From Neoconidiobolus thromboides FSU 785 (taxonomy: Eukaryota > Fungi > Entomophthoromycota), in assembly GCA_025603075.1 (NCBI GenBank), contig MU626364.1, positions 1 to 64,000 on the forward strand: 64,000 nucleotides of DNA, written 5' to 3'. The position numbers and the translations under genes were made by a program. This document shows, in pieces, positions 1 to 11,519 of this stretch (positions within the stretch are counted from its first letter, which is position 1; every line of letters begins with the position of its first letter). Under the pieces are notes generated by a model, which saw nothing but the letters and a program-made list of their open reading frames with translations, searched no databases and had not been told where the DNA came from.

Positions 1-287
1 TTTTAATTGTTTTCTTTTCTTAAATAGCTATTTTCATAATATGTTCTAGTTATTTCTGTTAGATATTCAATAGACATATAATATATAACCGTATGATCAT
101 ATAATTATATAAATACACTTATTTGACTTTATTTTTTGTTGAAATAAAAATAAAATGCAAACTTTCATAACTAAACTTCGAGATGGAATTTTTGAAAACT
201 TCAATACAATAGGGAGGAGTACACAATATAAACATTGTAATTCGTTTACATCCAATTTTAAGAGCTACTTATAACAACCCAAGGTTT

Positions 288-1599
288 ATGGAATTTTATA
301 ATAAAACAAAACAAAGAAAAGATATATTATCAAAGTTTACTATCGATAATAATAAACTTAACCAAGTAGTGTATAAAATTAGTGCTTTGAGGGAAACAGG
401 AAATAAAAATCAACAAGTAGCGTTATTGTCAACTATAGCTTCAGTATATTCTTTTGATGAATATAAAATTTTTGGGCTTAACATAAATATAAACCAATAT
501 GATTATTCAAAAATAAGTAACAATAATAAAATATCAACGTTACAACCTATTATTAAAAATACAAAAAAATCAAAGACGAGCAAATTGAAACTATTATACA
601 ATATTTACTAAATAATTCAACTATTTCATCAAGATTTAATAAAAAAATAATGATAATAAATATTCATCAGATAATATATATATATTAAATAAAAGTAGAA
701 GAATAATATATAGTAAATATTTAAATGATCTAAAAGATAAAGCGGTACCTGGGTCAACATTTTTTAAATATATACCAAGTAATTTCAAAAATGCAGCAAG
801 AAAAACGGATTAATGTAATATGTGCCCAGTATATAGTTAGAAAAAAGTAATCTGAAAACAAAATAAATACAGCAATAAAAAACAAAGCAGAGATAGAAGA
901 AATTTTCAATGAAGAAGAAAAGTTATACAAATTACATAAATTCTGTGTTGATACTCAAAAGAACATATTTAATGAGACTAATAAGAAATTAAATAATAAA
1001 AGTTGTATAATAATTCTAGATTTTAAACAAAGTATGGAAATGGGAACAAGACTGGACTTAATAAATTTAGATCATTATACTAAACAAGCTATATCAGTAT
1101 TATATTTTGGTGTTTTATATTTAAAAGATGATAAAACAATAGGTAAAGTTTACTTTGATTATTTATCTGAAATATTAAATCATGATTCAATATATGGGGA
1201 TGTATTTTTGTGTTTAAGAATTTTACTAATAAGTTTTCCGGTTAAATAGCGCTTAAAAATGGAAAAAATAAAGAAGTTAAAAAAACACCCTCATATAGTT
1301 TTTAAAAAATAAGAAATAAAGATACAAAAAGAATAATAGAGATACAAGGTATTAAGAAGTATTTACACTTTATTAAACATAACAATAAACTACATTGTTA
1401 TCCAGTATCTGATACATCAAAAAAAAGCAATATAGTTCCAATTAGGGTTATAGAGTCTATAGAAAATAGAGAAATTAAAAGATCAACCCCACCTTATCTT
1501 ACAAAAACAACAGAGAATTTAAAAGTCTCGATATTTACTAAACAAGTAAGTAGTTTATTAAATGATATAAATATATTATCAAATGTTAAGATTACTTAA
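288..1599 (+). pseudogene. Decayed DNA-transposon transposase, Sola-like (probably Sola2-type), with stops, frameshifts, an internal deletion and a MITE insertion
   Basis: Manual translation across frames: 721-840 LNDLKDKAVPGSTFFKYIPSNFKNAARKTD*CNMCP (KTDxCxxC motif). After a frameshift, 902-1190 reads YKLHKFCVDTQKNIFNE..KLNNKSCIIILDFKQSMEMG..QAISVLYFGVLY..KVYFDYLSEILNHDS, resembling the DFxEN and SDxxxHD blocks of Sola transposases. After the MITE, 1306-1599 reads EIQGIKKYLHF.. to TAA. The family assignment is from motif memory. Confidence 0.55.
1196..1292 (+). mobile_element. MITE copy 1 (~97 bp), inserted in the transposase relic
   Basis: ATAT|GGGGATGTATTTTTG...AAAAAAACACCCTC|ATAT; imperfect TIR and 4-bp TSD. 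Confidence 0.85.
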
Positions 1600-2050
1600 G
1601 TTATTAATAGCTAAGTTAATAAATAGTCAAAGGGCAAGTAATCGTAATAATAAACAAAAACTATTGCTATATTACTTGTACTATATAAGGATGGCTAATT
1701 ATAGTTTTAAGGCTAACCACTCCCTCACATGCATCTACTTTTTAACTCAGCAATATATCAATAATGTAATTATAACATTAAAATAGTTTATTTGATAACA
1801 AATCTCTAATGTTGGTTACAAAACAATCGATAATAAATATTGCTCAATGAAATTTCATACAATATTTATTTATTATATAGTACGACTTTGATTAATATTA
1901 ATATATAAGTTATATCATTGAAAGCCTTGGTAATTCGGAAATTTCTATCGGATTTAATATAAATTATAAAACAATTTAAAACTGTGTCGGGCTACTTTTG
2001 CTTTTTAATAAAGAATTTATTTTTAGAATTTTAAGTCGTTTTTAATATAT

Positions 2051-2148
2051 AGGAGTGTTTTTTTGACTTTATTATTTTTTCTATTTTTTAAGCGCTATTT
2101 AAGTGGAAAATTTATTAGTAAAATTCTTAAACACAAAAATACATCCCC
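2051..2148 (-). mobile_element. MITE copy 2
   Basis: ATAT|AGGAGTGTTTTTTTG...CAAAAATACATCCCC|ATAT, reverse orientation. Confidence 0.85.
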
Positions 2149-2200
2149 ATATAAAATATTAGAAATTGGATAAATGAAATCAATTTGGACATTACCATAT

Positions 2201-2297
2201 GGGAATGTATTCTGTATTTAAGAATTTTACTAACAATTTTTCCACTCAAATAGCGCTTAAAAGATGGAAAAGACAATGAAGCCGAAAAAACACTCCC
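2201..2297 (+). mobile_element. MITE copy 3
   Basis: ATAT|GGGAATGT...AAAACACTCCC|ATAT. Confidence 0.85.
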
Positions 2298-2416
2298 ATA
2301 TAAACTACTCCAAAGTTCAATTAACATGTTTTTTTATTTAAAAGTTTAAGGTTATTTTAAACTTTAAGCTGGTTTAAAATGGGCAAGTTATAATACAAAA
2401 TCATATTTAAATATAT

Positions 2417-2514
2417 GGGGATGTGTTTTTGTGTTTAAGAATTTTACTAACAATTTTTCCACTTAAATAGCGCTTAAAAGATGGAAAAAGTAATGAAACA
2501 AAAAAAACACCCTC
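2417..2514 (+). mobile_element. MITE copy 4
   Basis: ATAT|GGGGATGT...AAAACACCCTC|ATAT. Confidence 0.85.
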
Positions 2515-2961
2515 ATATCCAAATTTAAGCTGATCAATCTACTTATAATACTTTGAAATGAAAAACTAGGCATGTATAGTGGAATACCTTAAAATGGGCA
2601 ATTAAACGTTCATTGTGGAATAGAAGGTGTAGTTTTAGGTAAACTATATGACCATGTATTTAGTATAAATATCTCAAAGAAACCTTTTTTGTCTATTTAA
2701 AAACTGCTCCAAATACTGTAAAAAAAAGCTATTACAATGTAAAGTTATAAACTTTATATCACAAAGTTTGTTGATATTGTTTCGGTTTTACTAATGTACC
2801 CTATAATCTAATTTTATAAACAAGTTTTATTTAAAGGTGCTTTTAGGGATCTCCTTATTAAATAACATATCTGTTTTCGAGTTTACTATCAATAAGTTTC
2901 AAACATTTTGGTTAATATGGTTACAGTACCCAAGTGAATAACGTGCTTTTAAATATTTGGT

Positions 2962-3000
2962 AAATAGAAAAAGTGATGAAACCAAAAAAAAACATTCCTA
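2962..3000 (+). mobile_element. MITE right-half fragment
   Basis: AAATAGAAAAAGTGATGAAACCAAAAAAAAACATTCCT matches the right half of the consensus. Confidence 0.5.
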
Positions 3001-3829
3001 AATATTACAATTGTTATTTCATAAATAAATTACAAGTAATTTTAATTATTATAATACTGTATAATATTACATAACACTATATTGGGTGATAGCAAAAGCT
3101 CAAATATTATGAAAATTATTTAAAGTTAGCTCTCATGAAAAAATACATTGGAGCATCTACCTATTGATTTATTTTAGTGAATATAAATTAAGGTTTAAAT
3201 TTCTTATTAATTTTAATATCAAACTTAGATTAGGTTCTGTTTATTAGGTTTTTTTATACCTTATCCTTGATACAAACAAAACTTTATATGCAGCTTATTA
3301 GTCTATTTTAATTGATTAATTATGCTACAAAATAATGGCAGTATCAAGTAATACAAGCTCTTCATATTTTTAAAATAAACTATTACTTTGATTTTTGTTA
3401 AATTATTTTATTATTGAGACAGATCTTTTTATACTATCATTGAGCTATATTTTCAAAAATAGCATTAAGATCTATTTACCTATAATATAGTTTTTAATAT
3501 ATTTTAAATTAAATCATATAATAAAGTATATATAAATAATAGTTTAAAAATAACATTTTGTTTATTAAAATTTCCTATAAGTTAAATACTATTTATACTC
3601 ATTAATTAATTAAATTATTTAATATCCAAGAACCACTGACGCTAAATCATTAAAAAAACATTTAACCAATTAAAACTCTTAATTCTAGTAGATAACTTCC
3701 AAAGATAGAAGCTCTCATGAGGTATTATATCATTTTAGTTCGCCAAGTTTATGGTAGAACATGAATATAAACCCAAAAAAAAGGAAAATAAATAAGTTTT
3801 AATACTTTCTAATTACAATTTAATCAACA

Positions 3830-4105
3830 ATGAAACTAACTCAATATCTGGTAATATTAGGTGCCTCATTAACACAAGTGGAATCTGTCTGTAGAGCTAA
3901 AGCCAAGTCAGATAAGTTATTAGGAAATTATCCAAGTGATCATTGCTACCGTGGTGGTGTTGATGCTTGGGTGACTTATAAAGATTTCCCACCATGTTGG
4001 ATCTATGAAGAAGAGAAATCACGTTATGCATGCTATAATTACAAAGAAGGCGGTAAATGTGATACCTGGCCTGGAATGAAAGATCTCGGACCTTCTAAAG
4101 TTTGA
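3830..4105 (+). CDS. Small secreted cysteine-containing protein (91 aa, orphan)
   Basis: Intronless ORF with higher GC than its flanks. Hydrophobic N-terminus MKLTQYLVILGASLTQVES resembles a signal peptide; 5 Cys in the 72-aa mature part. TATAAA at about 3765 and AATAAA at about 4193. Confidence 0.75.
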   Translation: MKLTQYLVILGASLTQVESVCRAKAKSDKLLGNYPSDHCYRGGVDAWVTYKDFPPCWIYEEEKSRYACYNYKEGGKCDTWPGMKDLGPSKV

Positions 4106-4369
4106 AGCATTTGGTTTATCTCACTTAACTAGTTAAAATGATACAGTTTTAACTAATGTGATGCTTTGTTATTAAAATTTAACGATAGTGCAATAAAAAT
4201 TAATTTCATATGATTATGATTTATAACTCCTTATCAATTATTTGATATTATATTTAATTGCCATTATTTATTTTTAGTCAATATATATTAGATAAAAAAA
4301 TAATAAAACTCCAATCAAAACAAAAAGCTTTAAATACTTTGTTATCAATTCTTAAATCTTTATTTTTCT

Positions 4370-5735
4370 ATGTCAAAGATTGAGGGAACTTTAAGCTCTT
4401 TAGATAAAGGGCTTAGCTTAAAAGAGTTAATAATCATAGTAGAGAAAGATTATCAATTGCTAGAAGAAGGAGAAATATCAAGTAATGAAGATAAATATAA
4501 GGTAAATAATTAACAAATTTAAAATTTAAAAACTTAGCATGAAATAGAACATTGTAATAGATAATATAAATAGATTAAGGCTTTTAGAGAGAGCAATTTC
4601 TGAATTCAATTTATATAGTACTAATGAAAACATCGAAGAAATCAATCCATCATATTTGAAGTAAACATTAGTTTTAATGTATACTTATATTAACGATAAA
4701 TCAGTTTTTTTTTAGTAAATTATTATCAAGGATACTTCTATAACAAAAGCCATTTTCAAAATGAAAGAAAAGAATTACTAAATCAAAGCAAAGTATTATA
4801 ACTCAAGTATTTTTTTATTACACTAATATTAAATTAGGTATTTTATTTTGAGTTTTTGAGTTTATTAAAAAACTTCAACTTGGTTGATAATAAAGTAATG
4901 AATGATTTTGGGTTTTTAATTGACTTGTTAACTATTAATTCAATAGGCATATCAAAAGTTGAAGGAAGGAAAAGACGTATTTACATCATTAACTAGGGAA
5001 GAGAAAATAAAAAAATATAAAGAAGAAAGAGAAACTAAGCAAAAAATGAAGGTAAATCATTTCCAATATATTTGTTTAACTCTATAACTTTTAAAGGAAT
5101 TAAATGAAATGGCCCAATTAAATGAAGAGCTTCAAGAAGAGCAAGAAGATTTAATACGAGAATATAGTTTATCGAAGATTAAATATTTTGGTAATAAAGC
5201 AACTGAAGATTTGAGATTCTTACAGCAAGAACTACAGCTATTATCAGAGCAAAAAGATAAAATCGATGATGAAGTAGAAGTTGACTTAAGTTGGAGATTA
5301 GACAATTTATCTAGTTTAACTAATCAAAACAATAAAAATCTTTTGGACAAAAATGGCAAGGTAAAATCAAAATCATAGTAGAATCATACATACTCAATAG
5401 TGTTTTTAGCCATTAAGACCGTTTGTTATCACTTCAAAACAGCAAGAAATAAGAGATGGAGTTTTTAGACCTGGTCATAATTTACCTACTATGACCGTAG
5501 ACGAATACCTTCAATTAGAAATGGAACGAGGAAACTTTTTATCTGGTGGGGGAGGGTAAGAGTAATATAACCTATAAGATTTCATCTAAATTATTTTAGG
5601 GAGAGACCAGAGAAGAAAGAAGTCGATGATAGAGATTACGAAGCATTAGACGCAGAAACTGAAAAACAAAGGGAATGGGATGAGTTTAAAGACAATAACC
5701 CCAGAGGCTCAGGAAATCGATTTAATAAAGGTTAA
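4370..5735 (+). CDS. TAP42: TAP42/alpha4 (IGBP1) PP2A-associated regulatory protein, multi-exon
   Basis: Spliced translation: MSKIEG..LYSTNENIEEINPSYL..FLVNYYQG..; LPTMTVDEYLQLEMERGNFLSGG; C-terminus KQREWDEFKDNNPRGSGNRFNKG* is the TAP42 signature. Short GT-AG introns, e.g. 4502-4547 and 4661-4704. Confidence 0.9.
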
Positions 5736-6110
5736 ACAAAAGTTTTGTAATAAAGCAGCTTCATTATCTTGTTTTACTTGCTTCTTGAAATTATAAATTA
5801 AAACACATTGTATTAAATTATATTATAATTATGGTGGTATAGCTTTAAATAAATACAGATATTTTGATATTTTGAATATATATTAAGGTGCAAAGTAAAG
5901 TTATTATTAGCTAAATTATTTTATTTTTAAAAACATCATGTTCTTATTATCAATATTTTTAGTGAGTTTCTGTAGGATCTATTAAAAAGTGAAAAGCCTT
6001 GCTCCTTTTTAGTGATTAGGCTCCATCATAGTTCTTTTTGAACCAAACTTAATTATCTTTAAATTTTCCAGCTCATCAAATATTATTGGAGTAAAAGTAT
6101 GAAGCGAATT

Positions 6111-6119
6111 AGCCAATCA
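6111..6119 (+). promoter_or_regulatory. CCAAT box upstream of the MPDU1-like gene
   Basis: AGCCAATCA about 55 nt before ATG 6173. Confidence 0.4.
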
Positions 6120-6172
6120 ATAAAAGGGTCTTAAGTACTTATACAAATCTTTAAAAACAATTTATTTTGAAA

Positions 6173-6937
6173 ATGTCAACTGAACAAAAAGCAATTATAA
6201 AATTACCATTATTCGTAAAGGAGTTAGCTACTACCATCTTAGGAGAAGCCTATTGTTATGAAGAAATCGTCGAAAGGTTGAACTTTAAAAATGTAGACTG
6301 TTTGAAATTGGGTTTATCAAAAGGATTAGGTTTGGTTATCGTTGCTGGTGGTTGTATTGTTAAAATTCCACAAATTATTAAAATTATAAAAGCCAAGTCA
6401 GCTAAAGGTATTTCTTTATTATCTTATATTTTAGAAACCTTTAGTTACATTATATCCATCGTTTATAACTTACGTTCCGAAAATCCATTTTCTACCTGGG
6501 GTGAGACTTTAGCAATTACATTTCAAAATGCTTTTATCCTTTTATTAATTTTATACTATAATGGTTCCTTGTTCACTGCCTCAATTTTATTAGCTGCTGC
6601 AGCGATATTTTACACAACTTTAAATAATCCAACTATTGTTGATAGTGAGCTTTTACAATTGCTCCAGGCTTGTACCATCCCAGTTGTATTGATTTCAAGA
6701 ATCCCTCAAATTATCTCAAACTATAAAAACGGACATACTGGACATTTATCAGCTTTTGCAATCTTCAACTACTTCTTTGGTACCTTAGCCCGTGTTTTTA
6801 CTACCATCCAAGAGGTTGATGATAAGATTATTCTAACCAGTTATCTTTTAGCTTTATTCCTCAATACTGTTCTCGCTGGTCAAATGACTTACTATTGGAA
6901 TGCTAAGCCAGTGGCTGAAACTAAGAAAAAACAATAA
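6173..6937 (+). CDS. MPDU1: Mannose-P-dolichol utilization defect 1 (PQ-loop) protein
   Basis: Two PQ-loop repeats (IVKIPQIIKII; ISRIPQIISNYKNGHTGHLS) and multiple TM segments. True ATG is at 6173; the ORF track starts at TTG 6167. Confidence 0.9.
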   Translation: MSTEQKAIIKLPLFVKELATTILGEAYCYEEIVERLNFKNVDCLKLGLSKGLGLVIVAGGCIVKIPQIIKIIKAKSAKGISLLSYILETFSYIISIVYNLRSENPFSTWGETLAITFQNAFILLLILYYNGSLFTASILLAAAAIFYTTLNNPTIVDSELLQLLQACTIPVVLISRIPQIISNYKNGHTGHLSAFAIFNYFFGTLARVFTTIQEVDDKIILTSYLLALFLNTVLAGQMTYYWNAKPVAETKKKQ

Positions 6938-7134
6938 ATTCATAAATGTCATATTTATCTCTATAGCAAATAAAAATTTTAAGATATAACAATTAAAGGT
7001 TTTTTCTCTATACTAGGGGTAAATTATTTAAACGTGTTTTTATTTTACCAAACTTATCTATAACAATTATACAGCTTAATTATGAAAACGGATTAAGGTT
7101 TATAAATTAAAAATCATTAAGATTTTAATAACAA

Positions 7135-7665
7135 TTATAAAGTGGCAATAAAATCGGGTATAGATCCAAATCCAAAGTTAATATATTGGCCTAGAAGCTT
7201 TTCCAAATCACCCTTAACTTTTTTGATCATCAATGTTGCTTGCTCTTCATCTACTGCTAATTCTCTACAAAGGAAAGCGACATCCTCTTTCTTTACTTCA
7301 GTTTTGTCTAATTCTCTTTGCCTATTATAAAATATTAAAATTTATATTAGGTAGTTCTTCTAAAGTTGAGTCAAAATAGTGAAAATACTTACAATAAAGC
7401 GTTTCTAACTTTTTGTTTAACAACATCTGCCTTGAACCCTTTTAAAGCCTATAAAAAAAATCAGTTTTGAACAAACATAATTTCTATTGCTTACATCAGT
7501 TAATCGGTTGGCATAGTTATTTTTAGTGGTCTCTTCTTCTTTATCGTCTTCTTTTTCTTCGCTCATATTTTTCATCTCTTTTTGGGCTTCCCCACGCTCT
7601 CCTTTTTCGATTTGTTCCTCCTCTTCTCTTTCAGCTTCGTATTCTACATTCTCTTTTTCTGTCAT
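7135..7665 (-). CDS. HYPK-like (huntingtin-interacting protein K) acidic protein with a C-terminal UBA-like domain; 3 exons (7665-7495, 7448-7393, 7321-7135)
   Basis: Spliced C-terminus QRELDKTEVKKEDVAFLCRELAVDEEQATLMIKKVKGDLEKLL resembles HYPK ELAKVTIKKEDLELIMTEMEI...; GT-AG introns keep the frame. Confidence 0.7.
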
Positions 7666-9071
7666 CTTGTAAAATTAATTGTATTGTAAATTTTGATGCA
7701 ATTTTTTAGTTTTTATCGTAATAACTTATGGGATTCAAATGATATGTATATCTTGAATTTAACTTTAGTTCGAAATACAAGTTTTAAGGAGGATTTTATT
7801 GACTAAAATTTCAATGTTTTCAAAACGTTTATATGATGTTTTGATAGAAAAAAATATTTTTAAAACAGTGATTAACTATCTTATTTTTAATATTAAATTT
7901 CATTTTAAATCAAATCTTTAACTTAAGCTGCTAAACAGTAGTTAATTTTAAATTGAATGAAATTCAACGAACTAAAGAATTAAAATTAACGTATAGATGT
8001 AAGAACTATTTAGTATAATAAAAACTAAATGACAACATAATGTTTAATATGATATATGACATGGTAGTCATATCTGATTTTACGATAAATACCAATAATA
8101 TTATATGGGAAAATGTACTTTTGTTAAAAACTATGGTAACTGTAAAAGCACTAGATTCTTTTTTTGAAATAATTCTTTATAGAATTAAAAACTTTAACGA
8201 AGAATATACTATTTCTAAAAATAAACTATAGGTCTTAACTAAATTACCGTAAACATAGTAGTTCTTTATGAAATAATAGTTTAAATTGAGTATTTTTAAT
8301 GTTAAACTTTAAAACAACTAGAAACATACTTGATGTTTTCTATACATATATTACAATTGATACTTAATCGAAGTCTATACTAAATACCAAAAAATGTCCA
8401 TAGACATATAGAAAAAAATAATATAATGGAATGCGTAAATATACTAACTGTAACCAACCATCAATTGTCTTTTATTAAAATCCTTTACTAAGTGATAGTT
8501 ATCATGCCAAAATTACTTGTCTTGTGTTTACCCATTATATAGCTTTTATATACAAATTCTGTTGACGATAGCTTTAAATGGGGTTGTTTTTAGCTAATAT
8601 TTGAGCTTTAATTAAAAGTATTTTGAAGCATGTACAAGATGGAAGGTTTTTAGTGAATAAATAGATCAAATGATACCTTTTTGAAATTAGCATATCAAGA
8701 ATAATATGAGCTAATAAATCAATAGCAGATAGTACTTGTATAAAGTAAATTATGATAAGATATTAAGAATTAGAATAAATAAATACAAATTCAATATATT
8801 ATATTATATCATAACTTGATCCAAAAGTAGACGTAGCTATATTAGTTTAAAACTATAACCTGTTGATATTTTGATCCAGCTAGTTGATTAAATTTGCACT
8901 CTCAATTTTTTGCTATAAAGTTTAAAATCTATTAGTGTTACCTAATTAAGTAAAAACAAGAATATAATTTAATCATATGCACCTAAAGTAACACCGAAAA
9001 GATGGGTTATAACATCAGCTGGATTCTATTCCAAAAAAGCCCAAAAATTCAGAGGCTTCGAAAAGTAAAGA

Positions 9072-9079
9072 TATATAAA
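9072..9079 (+). promoter_or_regulatory. TATA box of POP-1
   Basis: TATATAAA about 70 nt upstream of ATG 9145. Confidence 0.4.
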
Positions 9080-9144
9080 CACATTATTTACTATTAATAC
9101 CTAATATAATTATTTATTTAATTATAATTGTAATTATAACAGCA

Positions 9145-11388
9145 ATGAACCAATTTATATCATTAATTTTAACTACCGTCCTCCTTCAGGTCACCGCCAA
9201 ATCTGTCCCTAAAGATGATGGCAGACAAACTTCTCAATGGAATAAACTTTCTTTACCATGGGAGTACCCTGAAGCTCGTGTCATGAAAAGCTACTATGAT
9301 ACATATCATGGAATTGGTGTAAGAGACCCATACCACTGGTTAGAAACTCATACTAGTCAAGAAACTAGAACCTTTTGGGATAAAAACAACAAGCTATTAC
9401 ACAAATACCTTAACCAAAATCCACATAAACAAGTTATTTATGACTCTGTAAAAACTTTGTTCTCTGCTCCTTCTCCAGGAAAACCAGTAAAGCATGGTGA
9501 TTATTATTATTATACTGAGCGTGCTTCTCTCCAAGGCAACTCAGTTTTATATCGTAAAAAGAATCTTGCTGATCAACCACAAGTTGTTTTAGACCCAAAT
9601 CCGCTTTCACCAGATGAAACTGCTTATATTAAATTTAACTCATTCTCTTCCGATAATAAGTATCTTTTAATTGCTGTTTCCCGTAAAGGTTCAGACTGGA
9701 CTGATATTCGTGTCCATGAAAATAATGAAGGATTAAAGGAACTCGAAAGACTTATCTGGACCCAAGATGGTGGTGTAACATGGTCAACAGATGATAAGGG
9801 TTTCTTTTACTCTAAAGACCCTGCTCCAAAAGGTATCACTTGGGAAGACGCTGGTCTTAATACTGATCCAGGTCTTGATAATAGATTATATTACCATCGG
9901 GTTGGTACTCAACAAAAGGACGATATCCTCATTTGGGCAGGTAGCAAGGATAGTGCTGAATACCCAAGTATTGAATATGCAGGCCCTAACAATGAATATT
10001 TCATCCTTCAGCTTTATCGCTCCACTGCTGATAGAACATACACCTATTATGCTGACGCCACTGATTCTAATAAGAATGGTGTAACTAAAAAGCCAGATTT
10101 CAAAAATATTTATCACGATTATGATGGTATTGCTCAATATCTTGAATCAGTTAATGAAAAGGAACATTTATTCTTAGTTACTCGTGGCACACCATACCGC
10201 AAAATTGTTCAAGGTACTTTAGAGAACCTTCGTTCCGCTAAAGATGTTTTACCAGAACAAAAAGGGTATGGATTAATTCAAGCCAAATTTGGTAAAGACA
10301 AGATTGCAGCTTCCTATATTAAAGATTCAACATATCATATTAAAGTGTTTAATAAGAATGACACATCTAAAGCAATTAGTGAAATTGACTTACCAATTGG
10401 TGGTATTAAGGGATTTAAATTTATTCGTGATGAAACTGCTATCAATTTCAATGTTACCGATTTCTTCTCACCAACCGTAGCTTATGAAGTTGAACTTAAT
10501 GACACTAAAAATAATAAATTGATTTATACTGAGCCAAGTTTACCTGGATTCAAACCGGAATTATTTGAAATGAAATTAGAACATTACAAGAGCAAAGATG
10601 GTACTATTGTACCTATTACTTTAGCTTATCGTAAAGGCACTAAATTAGATGGAAACAACAATGTTTACTTATATGGTTATGGTGGCTTCAATTCTATCAA
10701 TACTCCAGCTCCACGTGCACATTGGTTAGCTATGTTACAATCTTTAGATTTAGTATTGGCTATTGCACATATCCGTGGTGGTGGTGAAAATGGTGATCCA
10801 TGGTATACTTCAGCATCAAGATTAAATAAGCAAGTTAGTTATGATGACTTTGAATATGCTTCAAAATTCTTAGTCAACAAAAAGTATACTCAACATAATA
10901 AGATTGTTGTTAATGGACGTTCTAATGGTGGTACATTATCTGGTGTTTCCTTTACTCAAGCTCCTGAATTATTCGGCGCTGTTGTAGCTGATGTTGGAGT
11001 TATGGACTTAGTCAGATATCAATCATTCAATGATGGTACTGGATGGTTCGATGATTTTGGTGATGTAATTCATAGCAAGGAAGAATTCTTGAACGTATTG
11101 AAATTCTCCCCATACCATAATATCCGTTGCAATAGACCATATCCACCTTTATTGATCACTACTGGTTCTCATGATGATCGTGTTTCAACTTTACACTCTC
11201 TTAAATTTGCTGCTAGATTACAATCCCATTATAAAGATCATAAACATCCTATTCTCTTGCAAACTGCAAATAACACTGGTCACGGATGTACAGGATGTGG
11301 TAAACCAGTTAAATTAGATATTAATGATAAGACAAATATGCTTACTTTTATTTCAATGGTGTTTAATATTGTACCTAAACCATTATAG
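9145..11388 (+). CDS. Prolyl oligopeptidase (S9A) paralog 1 with a predicted signal peptide
   Basis: DPYHWLE N-terminal motif, GSDW propeller loop, YGYGGF oxyanion motif, RGGGENG, nucleophile GRSNGG, HDDRV, catalytic His in TGHGCTGCGKP. Intronless, 747 aa; AATAAA at 11403. Confidence 0.93.
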   Translation: MNQFISLILTTVLLQVTAKSVPKDDGRQTSQWNKLSLPWEYPEARVMKSYYDTYHGIGVRDPYHWLETHTSQETRTFWDKNNKLLHKYLNQNPHKQVIYDSVKTLFSAPSPGKPVKHGDYYYYTERASLQGNSVLYRKKNLADQPQVVLDPNPLSPDETAYIKFNSFSSDNKYLLIAVSRKGSDWTDIRVHENNEGLKELERLIWTQDGGVTWSTDDKGFFYSKDPAPKGITWEDAGLNTDPGLDNRLYYHRVGTQQKDDILIWAGSKDSAEYPSIEYAGPNNEYFILQLYRSTADRTYTYYADATDSNKNGVTKKPDFKNIYHDYDGIAQYLESVNEKEHLFLVTRGTPYRKIVQGTLENLRSAKDVLPEQKGYGLIQAKFGKDKIAASYIKDSTYHIKVFNKNDTSKAISEIDLPIGGIKGFKFIRDETAINFNVTDFFSPTVAYEVELNDTKNNKLIYTEPSLPGFKPELFEMKLEHYKSKDGTIVPITLAYRKGTKLDGNNNVYLYGYGGFNSINTPAPRAHWLAMLQSLDLVLAIAHIRGGGENGDPWYTSASRLNKQVSYDDFEYASKFLVNKKYTQHNKIVVNGRSNGGTLSGVSFTQAPELFGAVVADVGVMDLVRYQSFNDGTGWFDDFGDVIHSKEEFLNVLKFSPYHNIRCNRPYPPLLITTGSHDDRVSTLHSLKFAARLQSHYKDHKHPILLQTANNTGHGCTGCGKPVKLDINDKTNMLTFISMVFNIVPKPL

Positions 11389-11519
11389 TTATTTTTTAAT
11401 TAAATAAAACCTAATTTTGAACTAATTTCATTTTATATTTTCAAATAAATTCACTTAGATATATTAAAACTTGATTAAAAAAATATTATTTTATTAAAAA
11501 TTAGGTAATTTTAATTGAA

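Noticed and set aside
2127-2327. ORFs at 2127, 1583, 39192 and 39279
   Set aside because: Run through MITE or AT-rich intergenic DNA; no coding signal
1196-2514. Regularly spaced ~100-bp repeats as a possible CRISPR or satellite array
   Set aside because: Eukaryotic context, mixed orientations, irregular spacing, and TIR/TSD structure indicate a dispersed MITE
2560-2940. Fragmentary peptides WNTLKWAIKR / CGIEGVVLGKLYDH..KPF, vaguely like a non-LTR reverse transcriptase
   Set aside because: No recognisable QG..LSP or YADD motif; too many stops to support a call
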